Assembly (NCBI GenBank): GCA_013239625.1 | Contig: MU054129.1 | Location: forward strand, 251,238-315,237 | DNA length: 64,000 bases | Direction of reading: 5' to 3' | From: Lama guanicoe | Lineage: Eukaryota | Shown here: positions 1-11,129 of the stretch, one piece after another | How positions within the stretch are numbered: the stretch's first letter is position 1 | Layout of the letters: every line of letters begins with the position of its first letter | Position numbers and translations under genes: made by a program | The notes under the pieces: generated by a model | Seen by the model: only the letters and a program-made list of their open reading frames with translations | What the model was told of the DNA's origin: nothing | Database searches by the model: none

Positions 1-407
1 GGCGCGGCTGTGTCTGATCCAGTTTCACGGTCACTGAAGCACCTGCCTGTCAGAGCCCAGGCCCTCACTCCTGTTTGCGGGGAGTGAGTGGAGGCAGAGA
101 CAGCAGTGACTGTGGACGTGCAAAGTGTTGTTCCAGTAGCTTTACACTCATTTCTACATTTTATCCTTAAAGCCCTCCTGTGAGGAATCATTTTATGGTT
201 TTTAATGAATAATACACTTTATTTTTATTTTGAAAATCTTCAAAGCTCTGGAAAATTTACAGGAGTAGCACAATGAATGCTTAGATACATTTCACCTTAA
301 AGGACAGTATTTGCCCTTTTGTGTCTGGCTTATTTTAGCATACTGTTTTCAAGGTTCATCCATGTTGTAGCCTGAATCAGTACTTTTTTCTTTTGGTTTG
401 ATAATAT

Positions 408-1725
408 TCTTTTTCTTTTTTTTCTTTTTTAGTTTTTGGTTTACTTAAAAATATTTTTATTGAAGTATAGTCAGTGTATAATGTTGCATCAGTTTCTTGC
501 GTACAGCACAACGCTTCAGTTATAGAGGAACATACATGTATTCATTTTCATTTTCTTTTTAAGCATAAGTTACTATAAGATATTGAATATATTTCCCTGT
601 GCTATACAGTATAAACTTGCTGTTTATCTATTCTATACATAGTCAGTATCTGCAAATCTTGAAGTCCCAGTTTATCCCTTCTCACCCCCTTTCCCCCCTG
701 GTAACCATAGTTTGTTTTCTATGTCTCTGTGTCTGTTTCTGTTCTGTAGATAAGTTTGTCTTCTTTCCTTTTTTTTTTTTTTTAAGATTCCACATATGAG
801 TGATCTCATATGGTATTTTTCTTTCTCTTTCTGGCTTACTTCTCTTAGAATGACTTTCTCAAGGTCCATTCAGGTTGCTGCAAATGGCATTATTTTATTT
901 TTTTTTATGGCTGAGTAGTAGTCTATTGTATAAATATACTACAACCTCTTCATCCAGTCATCTGTCAGTGGACATTTAGATTGTTTCCATGTCTTGGTCA
1001 TTGTAAACAGTGCTGCTGTGAACATTGGGGTGCAGGTGTCTTTTGGAATTAAGATTCTCTCTGGATATATGCCCAGGAGTGGGATTTATGGATCAAGTGA
1101 TGTCTTTCTTTTTTTTTTTTTCTTTTGAGGAATCTCCATACTGTTTTCCACAATGGCTCCACCAAACTACATTCCCACCAAAAGTGTAGGAGGGTTCCCT
1201 TTTCTCCACAGCCTCTCCAGCTTTTATCATTTGTGGGCTTTTGAATGATGGCCATTCTGACTGGTGTTAGGTGATAACTCATCGTAGTTTTGATTTGCAT
1301 TTCTCTGATAATTAGTGATATTGAGCATTTTTTTATGTGCCTATTGGCCATTTGTTTGTCTTTAGTGGAGAATTGCTTGTTTAGTTGTTCTGCCCATTTT
1401 TCGATTGGGTTGTTTATTTTTTACCTATTACGTTGTATGAACTGTTCATATATTCTAGAAATTATGCCATGGTCAGTCTCATCTTTTGCAGATATTTTCT
1501 CCCATTCCATAGGTTGTCTTTTTGTTTTGCTTATGGTTTCTATTACTGTGCAAGAGCTGATAAGTTTAATTAGGTCCCATTTGTTTATTTTTGGCTTTTA
1601 TTTCTGTTGCTTGGGTAGACTGCCCTAGGAGGACATTTTTGAGATTTATGTGAGATAATGTTTTGCTTATGTTTTCTTCTAAGAGGTTTATAGCGTCTTA
1701 TGTTTAAGTCTTTAAGCCATTTTGA
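408..1725 (-). mobile_element. LINE-1 3' end (ORF2 C-terminus, 3' UTR, poly-A remnant)
   Basis: ORFs 1049..1351 ([19 protein letters not shown]...) and 672..869 (MDLEKVILREVSQ) are L1 ORF2 C-terminal sequence; T-rich tail at ~408-430. Confidence 0.93.
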
Positions 1726-2372
1726 GTGTGTTTCTTTCTGGGTTTTTTTGCGACTCTAATGTATGCTTTTGATTTGTGGTCACCTTATTTTTCAAGTATG
1801 TCAACCCATTACTATATCTATTTCCTACAGACTGGTAATCACGTAGGTTCCAACACATCCTAAGACTAATGAAGGAAAAGAAAGAAAGAAAGGAAAAAAA
1901 TCTATATTTTCTTGTTCCCCTTTCCCATTCCCACCTTTTTGTTTTGTTTTGATGTCCTTTTTCTTTTTTACATCTTCATGTTTATTCTCTTGTAACTTGT
2001 TATTGTGTTTCCAACTATGGCATTCCCATTTCTATAGCATCCTGCTTCCTTTCTGTTTAGAGTAGAACATTTTAATGTTTCTGTTAGGTTCAATATTCCT
2101 GAGTTCTCTTAGTTTCTGCTTTTCTGTGAAATTCTTTGTCTCTCCTTCTCCTCTAAATGATAGTCTTGCCAGATAATATCCTAGGTTGCAGCTTTTTCTC
2201 ATTCAGGACTTTGAATATATCTTGCCACTCCCTTCTGGCCATCAGTGTTTGTGTAGAGAAATCAACTAAAAGCCTTATGGGGATTCCTTGTGACTAACTC
2301 TTTGTTTTTCTCTTGCTGCCTTTAGAATCAATTCTTTATCTTTAACCTTGGCCATCTTAATTATAATATGTC

Positions 2373-5072
2373 TTTTTTTCTTTTTTTAGGAATAACAAAT
2401 GTTTATTCAGAAATGGGTAAGTAACACATAGTCTCCTCCATCCCTTAATGCCTCTTCCTCTCCTTTTTAACAAATGAGACACAGGTGGGGAATGCAAGGG
2501 AGTGGGAGGTGGAGAGGGACACAAGGATTGGCCCACCACCTTCTATTTCCCACGATGACATCCTGTAGAATAGGGGATGCAAACAGGCTCTATCCCACAA
2601 TGTACCGTATGGCTACCCAGAGGACAGGGTCCTGATGGCCAGGTGGCTGCAGCTGGGCTCAGTGAAGCCCTGTGATAACCAGAGCAGCCTGGCATGGGAC
2701 TGGAGGGGAGACAGGAGGGTAAAACCATGCAGGCAGGATATTTACCATCCCTACTGGAAGCAGAGTCCAAGCAGTGATCTGACTGTCTCCAGTACCTGAG
2801 AAACCAGGTCCTACTGTCTTGTGGGTGCTCTCTGGGGCCAAGAAGGGGAAAGTGTAGGAGGAATGTCTTCCAGCTGCTGAACAGAACTAAGTCTGCACCT
2901 ATTCAAAGGGGTAGAAGGGAACAAAAGCAGCATTCTTTAAAGAACTGGAAAGTGGAACACCATCAGGCACATTCCTTGCACTTCCCAGGCCTGGGCAACC
3001 TCAGAGCTAAAGGACTGCGCTGGTTCAACCCTGGGTCCTTCGTGCTTGACAGACTGAACTCTGTGGAAACCTGAGTTTCCAAGTTTTTCTTCACTGGGCT
3101 GGCCCCAAGCAGCTCATAAGAGGCTCTTGGTGTCTCAGGTCCCCTGTATACTTTCTAGGCTTGTGTCTAGCAGACTGGCCTGGAGTCAATCGCAGTAAGA
3201 GGACAAGAGGCCTGTGACCTGATCTCCACCTGGGCCATCTCTATTGACCAGGAGAGTGTGCAACACAGCTCTTGGGCTGACTGGGTTCCTATTAGGATGG
3301 CAGCTGGTTCCTATTAGGATGGCAGGGGCTTCCAATCCCCACTTTGTTTGAAAAGTTTAAAAAAGAGAACGGGGGAGTCAACCTCTCACAGCTGGAGAAA
3401 GCACTGTCCTTCAAACAGCCCCTGCCCTGCATTCCACGAGGCCACAAGAAAGCTGTCCAGAGAATTTAGGGCACCATTTCCAGATTTTAAAAAATCAATT
3501 TGGGGCTGAGGTTAGGGGGAGACACTGTGAGCAACAGAAGCCTACCTTGGTGATGAGACGGAGAGAGAAGAAACATACTACAGGAAATGTTAACGTAGAG
3601 AAGAGTACAGAGTAGAACACAACACAGAAAGGCGGGTACCGTCCAGTGAGGAAGCTCTCTACTCCCCAGTGACCTTTCCCATGCTCAGGGGCCCCCAGTC
3701 CAACGGCCCATTGGTCACAATCTTTGCTTTGGGAAACAGAGCCACCCTCCTCTGCCCCCTGGCTGTCTCACTCCCCCACTCAAAGTTTGATCTTGAATTC
3801 TGTGGGCTGTGTGGTCACAGAGGCCCCTGAGGACTTGAAGAGTGCCTTCAGGATGGTGTCAGGGTCCACTTCAGCAGGAGGGTTGGGTGAGGTGGCAGAA
3901 TTCACCCTGCGAGGCAGCTCACTTTCCTTTTTCACTGAGGGGCTGTCACTCAGCAGTAGCAGGATAGGCTGGTCTGAGGTGATAACGTTCCCATTCATGT
4001 GAAGGTTGCACTTCATTAGTTGCCCGTCCAGACACCGGTTGTTATACTTCTTATATGCGGTGATGGCATCGTCCTTCTTCACAAAGACCACCTCTGCTAC
4101 CCCAGGATGGACCAGCCGAGCCCGCTTCAGGGCTCCACACACACAGAAAAGCTCAACAATATCCTCCTCAGTGACTCGAGGGTGCAGATTATTCACGGTC
4201 ATCTTGGTGCCTTCCAAAGGGCTGAGGACAGGCTCAGCAGGCAGCAGGTCTTTGGGGGGCTCCTCCTTGTTCACTAGTGTCCGGGGCATGTTGGTCAAGG
4301 CTTTTGTTCGAACAGAGGAGGGGAGAGCAGGAGCTGTGTATGCATCATTCTGAACCACTTTGGTGAGAGGAAGGGCCTTGGATACAGAAAGCTTGGAAAT
4401 GCTCAGCCCAGCCACATGGTGTAGGAAGATGCCTGAGGCTGCAAATTTCATCTGTTTACTAGGAATAGGAGCTGCAACATCATCATCTTCATCTAGGTCA
4501 TATAAATTCTGTTTGGCCTGGTGGTTATTGATGACGTTGATCCTCATTCCAGCAGGATGAGCATGAATTGGTGCCATGGTCTTCTGCTGTGGAACCTGGA
4601 TGCTTTTAGTGAGCTTCAGAGCAGGGGTCACCGTCCCAATGGGTGGGCTCATGAAGGCAGCAGGGGAATTCCGCTTCAAGCTGATCTTCTCCCGGGCGTC
4701 GGCCACCTGGCGAGGCTTCTGGGGCACTGCGCTCTGCTGTTTGCGGGAGTTCAGCATCTCTCTGGCATCTTGCACTTTCCCTTTGATCCGGAACCGGGCA
4801 TCTTTCTGCAAAAGCTTTTCCCGGGCATCTTTGACTCCCAGCTTGAGCCGGGCATCTGAGAGGCCAATTTTCTGCCGAGCATCAAATCTCTGCTGGAAAG
4901 TGGCCGTGCGTGCTGGCTGGCTGAGAAGGCTCTGTTGGATCCCAACACGAGATCGAACACCTCCAACTCCTGATCGGGCATTGAGCCGCCCCTTTGCCGC
5001 AGCCCCACGCTTCCGGATTAGCTCGTCCAGGGAGATTCCCTCCATCTTGCACCACTGAGGGAGCCGCGAGCC
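2373..5072 (-). pseudogene. POLDIP3: Full-length processed copy of POLDIP3 (SKAR) mRNA
   Basis: Intronless; poly-A 2373-2387; AATAAA 2402-2407 (minus); 12-bp TSD ATAATATGTCTT at 2363-2374 and 5073-5084. Confidence 0.96.
3780..5045 (-). CDS. POLDIP3: Intact 421-aa POLDIP3 retro-ORF (RRM protein); expression unknown
   Basis: MEGISLDELIRKRG...RRM (KMTVNNLHPRVTEEDIVELFCVCGALKRARL)...TEFKIKL*; no stops or frameshifts; same length as the recalled human long isoform. Confidence 0.8.
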   Translation of the reverse strand: MEGISLDELIRKRGAAAKGRLNARSGVGGVRSRVGIQQSLLSQPARTATFQQRFDARQKIGLSDARLKLGVKDAREKLLQKDARFRIKGKVQDAREMLNSRKQQSAVPQKPRQVADAREKISLKRNSPAAFMSPPIGTVTPALKLTKSIQVPQQKTMAPIHAHPAGMRINVINNHQAKQNLYDLDEDDDVAAPIPSKQMKFAASGIFLHHVAGLSISKLSVSKALPLTKVVQNDAYTAPALPSSVRTKALTNMPRTLVNKEEPPKDLLPAEPVLSPLEGTKMTVNNLHPRVTEEDIVELFCVCGALKRARLVHPGVAEVVFVKKDDAITAYKKYNNRCLDGQLMKCNLHMNGNVITSDQPILLLLSDSPSVKKESELPRRVNSATSPNPPAEVDPDTILKALFKSSGASVTTQPTEFKIKL

Positions 5073-6978
5073 ATAATATGTCTTGATGTAGGTCATTTTG
5101 GGTTCTTGTTTGGGACCCTTCTGGTTCCTGAACATGGATATCTGTTTCTTTCTTTAGATTTGGAAGATTTTCAGTCATGCTTTCTTCCAATACCGCTTAA
5201 ATCCAGTTTGCTCTTTCTTCTCTTTCTGGGGCACAATTTATATTATTCCAATATAGGTCCCATATATTGCTTTCATTGGTTTTTGCTTTTCTGTCTGTTG
5301 TTCTGGTTGGTGAGTTCTGTTATCCTGTGTTCTGAGTCACTTATTCGTTCCTCTGCTTTATCTAATCTGCTTTTGATGGCATTTAGCTCAGCTCTTCTAA
5401 CAGCCATTGAGTTTCCTGTTTTTAATTGGCTCCTCTTTATAGTTTGTATTTCTTTTCATAGTATTCTCTGTCTCTAATTCATCATCTCTCTTATTTCCTT
5501 CAGTGTTTTTATCACCCCCTTTTTGAAGTCAAGATCTTGTAGATTGCTGAAGCCTATCTCATCGTTCTTCCCTTCAGGGGACTTCTCTTGTTCTTTAGTT
5601 GGGAGTGGTTCCTCTTCTTCATTTTACTTCTATTTCTCTGGCTCTGTGGATTTAGGAGTATCAGTTATCTACTGCGGTCTTGAAGGGCTGGTTTATTTTT
5701 TGTTGGTTTTCATTTAAAGTAGATGTGTTCCTGTGCAGACTGTGTGCATCTGATAATTTTGTTGTGAGGGCTGTTCCTAGTATGTGTGATTGCAGTGTCT
5801 CTTGTGTGTGTGTTGGCTGCTGTCCCTTTGATTGAGGGTGTGTTTGGTGTTATGGTGATCAGAGTTCACCCTGATCATTGTTGTTGAGCATGGCCCCCTT
5901 TTTTGTTCTGCGGTTGACACAGCCTTGCCAGGGACTGAGTCTTCTCCACTGTTGCTGGAATAGAGGCTGCTAGACCCGTTTCTGAGCTGTGGTGTGTGGC
6001 AGGCATGGTTGGGGTGCTTCAGCTGGGAGAAGGGCTGCTGAGTGCACCTCCACAGGAGAGCCCCTGGGACGTGCCCTCTGTGGTGGTGTCTGTCACTTTT
6101 TATACAGGCTTACAAAGTCTTTGTTGACTCTGCCTTTGTTCCCACCTTAGCTGTGGGAATGTCGGCCACCTACTCTGGTGTCCCCCATGTTCTGGGCCCC
6201 AGGAACCACCAGTCCTGATCTGCCAGTTTCAGGTGGTAGGACCCACCGTAGTAAGCGTGCAGGCACACACCTGAATCTGTGGTGTGCCACAGGTGCCAGC
6301 ACAGATGCCAGCCCCACCTCCGTGTACATACGGTAAGCCGGCCTCTTGTAAATCCCCACACTCACCCCTGCCATGTGCCAGAGCTCCACTCTGTGCCTGT
6401 TAGTCCCAGAGGCCTGGGTCCACAAAGGGTCCAGAGAGAGCACATCTGCCCTCTCTGCTGGGAGCTGTAAACAAATAGCAGTCCCGCCTGGGAAGCTGCC
6501 GGGCCCCCGCCTCTGTGCAGTGGGCCTCAGCCCTCTGCTCGGGGGCCCCATCAGCCTCCAGCAGCTAGTTCCAGCTTGTCCCTGCTGGCTCACGTCTAGG
6601 GCTGGGGATCATGCCAGTGTTCCTTAGTGCTGGCCACCAAGCAGCTGCCACTTTGTCCTCTGAGCCTCAGAAGCTCCACTTCTGTCCCAGCTGACCTCCT
6701 GGCTGCAGAGGGGTTGTCCCCGCATCAACATGCCTGTCTTCCTGCGCCGCTCCCTCCTTGCAGTGCTGGTCCTGCTCCGAAGTTTCCTTTTCTTTTTTCT
6801 TCTCCACATCCCCCACCCAGATTTTGTGAGGATCCTCCTATATTTTGAAGTGAGAGACACTGCCCATGTTCAGTAGGTGTTCTTTGTGCTTCATTGGTTT
6901 TGGAGATGTAATTCTGGGTGTAGTTGTGGGAGAGGGCAAGCTTTGAGTCTCTCTACTCCACCATCTTGGTGCCTCTCC

Positions 6979-9110
6979 TAAGTTTTGCTTTCTGATATTT
7001 TGTTGCTAGTATATAGAAATGCAGCAGATTTCTTTGTATTAATTTTGTATCCTGCAACTTTACTGAATTAATTGATGAGCTCTTGTAATTTTCTGTTTGT
7101 GTCTTTCATATTTTCTATATAAGTATCGTGAGGTCTGCAAACAGTGACAGATTTACTGCTTCATTTCCAATTTGAATTCCTTTCATTTCTTTTTATTCTC
7201 CAACTGCTGTGGCCAGGAACTCCAAAACTGTGTTGAATAAGAGTGGTGATACAGGGCATCCTTGTCTTGTTCCTGATCTTAGAGGAAACGCTTTCAGTTT
7301 TTCCCCATTGAGTATGATGTTATATGGCTTGTATTATGTTGAGGTATGTCCTATCTATGCCCACTTTTTGAAGAGTATTTATTATAAATAAGTGTTGAGT
7401 TTTGTCATACGCTTTTCTGCATCTATTGAGATGATCATATGGCTTTTGTACTTCAGTTTGTTAATGTGGTGTATCATGTTTATTGATTTGTGGGTATTAA
7501 GAAAGCCTTACATCCCTGGGATAAATCCCACTTGAAGATGGTGTCTGATCCTTTTAATGTATTGTTGGAGTTGTTTTGCTAGTATTTTATTGAGGATTTT
7601 TACACTTATGTTCATTGGTGATATTGGCCTATAATTTTCTCTTCTGTCATCACTGTCTGGTTTTAGCATAAGAGTGATGGGAAACCACTGTCATCTGTCT
7701 TGTCTTACCTCGTAGGTTAGGTGTTACCCTCACTGCTTCACGTTTGTTGCTTTAGTTTTTGAAGTTTGACTATATTGTGTCTTGGAGTAGACTTGTTTGT
7801 TCTCTTTGGAATTTTCTGTTTCCTGAATGTACAGGTTTATGTATTTTGTCAGATATGGTAACTTTCATCTGTTATTTCTTTGAATATTTTTTCAGCCACC
7901 ACCTTTCTCCCCTTTTTCTGTGACTCTATTGAGACGAATGTTAGATCTTTTGTTACACAGGTCCCACAGGTCCCTGAGGTTAGTATTTTTCCAGTTGCAT
8001 TTTGGGCAGTTTTTATTGTTCTTTCTTCATGTTCACTAAGCTTTCCTCTGTCCTCTCTGTTTTGATGTTCTTCCCATCTGTTGAGCTTTTTATTTCTGGG
8101 TTGGTTTTTTTGTTTTGTTTTGTTTTTGTTTTTTTGTTTTTTTAGTTCTAAAATTTGTTTGATTCTTTTTTTATATTTTCTATTTCTTTGCTGAGAGTTT
8201 CTGTTTTTTCACTTTCTCAAGCATGTTTGTAGTTGTTTATTGAATCATTCTTATAATGACTTCTTTAAAATCTTGTTGTCATTTGGTGTTGGTGTCTGTT
8301 GATTATGTGTTCATCCACTGAGACCATTCTGGTTCTTGGTATGATGAGTGATTTCTGATTGGAACCTGGATATTAAGTATGAGACTCTTTTATGTGGAAT
8401 TTTTTCTTTTGGCTGGTTTCCCATGGCTATACTTGGTGAAGGAAGGTGAGTACCACCACCTTGATGCTGCCAGATTGGGGTACAACTTCAAGCTCCACAC
8501 TGTTGGGAGCTTGTTGGGACTCATTGGAGTGGGAGTACCACCTTCCTGCTGTGCAGGAGTTCTGGCTTCTTACTGGGAGAGAGGAATGAAAAAGCTATTA
8601 GTTTTTACTGACTACGTGGAGCAAGGTGTGGTGGCGCCATGAATTAACAGTGGGCTGAAATCAAAGGTAGAGCTTTCTGCATGGCCTCTCTGACAGCCCA
8701 GCCTGGGGTTGGTCCTTCATCACAGCCTGAAAAGGGTGGAAACTTTCAGATTTTCTTTGATGGTTTGCCTGGAGTAGGAGAGTTATTGTATAGTCGTTTT
8801 CTTCTCAAGAGGCTGCCCTATCCTGAGCCTTTGGTCTGAGAGAGCTGGCTTTTGTTGGAGTTCACAGTTATGCCTGTTGGTGTTTCTGGGCCACCTGCAT
8901 CTCCAGCGCTCAGTGTGGGACACGTGAGGCAAAGAGACAGCCCCAGGTGTTACCTCCATGCCATTCCTTGTCCTGAGTTTCTGCCTCCTTCCCTCTGCCT
9001 TCCAGAGCCTTCAGATGACTGTTTCACGTGTAACGTCCAGGAATTTCAGGGTACTTAGAAGTGGAATAGGGGAAAGTACTTGTCCATCTTCCAAAAATCA
9101 GAGTCCTCAC
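6979..9110 (-). mobile_element. Older L1 fragments (ORF2 RT region to ~7680, then degraded ORF1/5' region)
   Basis: Antisense L1 ORF2 sequence (gggcatccttgtcttgttcctgatcttagagg...); distal part highly diverged. Confidence 0.7.
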
Positions 9111-9659
9111 AATTGTTGTTTAAATATCTAGTGTTTATTAGGGATACTGCATCTAAGTCACATTTTGATAATTAAGATAAACCTATTAAGATTTATAGAC
9201 AGCTTCCATAGGACATTGGGGTATTTTCTATGATCCATATTCATAAATTTGTCCTTTTGATTTCTAGCTTTGTATCTTATTTCACTGGCTAAAACTGATC
9301 AATGTAGCTGTCTGCTCCTAAGGTAATGTTTATCACGGCCTGAGGCTTGAGGGCCAGATTTGGAAGTGGATGTGGATTTCAGGTAGTATCTTTACGATGT
9401 CAGTGATCCTTTGTCCCAGGTTGTTTGCTCCTTTTGTTTTTAATCAGGGTTGGGTGTTTGATCTTTCCAGATGGCTATTTTGTTTCCTGTGGGAAAGGTT
9501 GTGTACTTTGGTCTTGGTTTTTAATGTGGGTTAACTTTGGCACTATTACTAATCTTGTGGATGGAGTTAATGCTGAGCTTTTGGTCAGAAATACAGCCTG
9601 CTGCTTGGAATTTCATATGTCAATGGCTTATCCAAGTAAGATTACTCTGTCTCTTACAT

Positions 9660-9940
9660 ACGTATTCCAGGGCAGGCACTTTGTGGTTGATGTGGCAGAT
9701 CTGATTTATGCAGCCCTTACAACCCATTAAATGGTCTGCCGTCACTAGTGTGGCCTTCGTCCTCCTGAAGTAAGATGGTGGGTAGAAATCCAGCCGTCAC
9801 AACTGTATTCCAGCAACAGTAGGTAGAAGGGACGAATAAGCTGTCTGTAAGGAATATCTTAGAGGCTTTCAGGACTCTTTTACTTCTGTCTCCTTGGCCA
9901 CAGCTAACTACACAGCAGGCTGCACAGTGAAGTTGTCATC
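9660..9940. mobile_element. Ancient MaLR (MLT1J/K-like) LTR remnant
   Basis: Motifs such as aagatgg...ccagccgtcaca...acttctgtctccttggccacagcta resemble recalled MLT1 consensus. Confidence 0.4.
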
Positions 9941-10443
9941 CTGCGTTGCCGAGTCCCCCGACTTGAGTAAGGGGCTAGACTGTGGTGCTAGAGGTGGAAA
10001 AGGGATCCGGGAACAATGGCTGACTCTGATCCCCTGCCGTGGGGCTGGAACCAGAAGGAGAGGAGCCAGACCAGCCCATGCTGGTGCAGGAGGTGCCGAG
10101 GGTGGGTGCACGGACATGCTGGCCCACAGAGGGGCCCGAAGGTGGATCCCAGCATTAGAGTGCAGGGTGTGGGTGAGGGGCCCAGGACAAGAGGAATGGG
10201 CATGGAGTGAGTCAGAGTTGGGCACAGAGAAGGCGGTAGAGGACACGGCCACAACCAGCAAGAGAACCAGAAAGGCCATCTCTGCCATGGCTGAGCCTGG
10301 TAGCGGTGCCCGGCTTTTATAACCACCTGTGGTGCATCATAATGGCTCCCTGTGACCCCCATGGCCCTTCTATCCAACCGCCAGGCTGCTGTCAGCAGGC
10401 CATGCCTCCAGCCAATTGCCAGGAGGCTCTCACTATGTCCCTC

Positions 10444-10967
10444 TGTAACGGAAAAGAACAAATCAGACTCCACATTAGATCTGTTCCTTTAGCTTTACTC
10501 ACTGTGCACCATTTTCCAGGCTTAGCCTTGCTAGCTCTGCACCTTTTGTAAAACAGTGTTGCCTTTAGCCTGAAATTTACAGGAGAGCCTATTCTCAGGG
10601 CTCTGACCTTTAAGGATGTTAGCAGTTCTACACTTCTGTAGAGATGGCACGTTGCAAAATAGAGAATAACCTTTATTTTGTAGGCGGTTTACAGGGACAC
10701 CATGGCCTGACCCACGTGGATGGCTGCAAGAACAAAGACTTCCTGCGGAAAGAAGTTTGCAACAACCAACCACACCATCTCCCCTATTTTTTGTATAAAA
10801 GGAGCCTGTAGTCTGACTGGAGTAGGATCGTTCTCCAAGACATTAGTCTGCCATCCTCTCAGTCTGCCAGCTTTCCTAATAAAGTCACTATTCCTTGCCC
10901 CAGTACCTTGTCTCCTGATGTATTGGCCTGTTGTGCAGCAAGCAGAATGAGTTTTGACTCAGTAACA
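10444..10967 (+). mobile_element. Solitary ERV-type LTR (~524 bp)
   Basis: TGTAAC...GTAACA termini, TATAAAA at ~10794, AATAAA at ~10878; no clear TSD. Confidence 0.75.
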
Positions 10968-11129
10968 AGTGGGGTTTCCAGTCGCTGAAGAGGGCCTCAG
11001 TGGGAGGGGCAGGCTTTAGTGGTGGGAAAGCAAGGGCGAGCTTTACCTTGGATGAGCGAGGTTTGAAATGCTATTACACGTCCGAATAGAGCTGCCAAAT
11101 GTACAGTTGGAGATATGGGTCTGGAGTTC

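Larger units (their letters stand above)
1730..6978 (-). mobile_element. LINE-1 5' UTR + ORF1 + inter-ORF region, interrupted by the POLDIP3 retrocopy
   Basis: ORF1-like peptide ENLPNLKKETDIHVQE (ORF 4882..5190); L1 5' start GGAGAGGCACCAAGATGGTGGAGTAG (YY1-like) at ~6978 on minus; ORF1 resumes below 2362. Confidence 0.85.

Noticed and set aside
10225..10279. Chymotrypsinogen (CTRB) exon 1 assignment
   Set aside because: Only MAFL and the length match; no GT donor at the expected position and no protease exons nearby.
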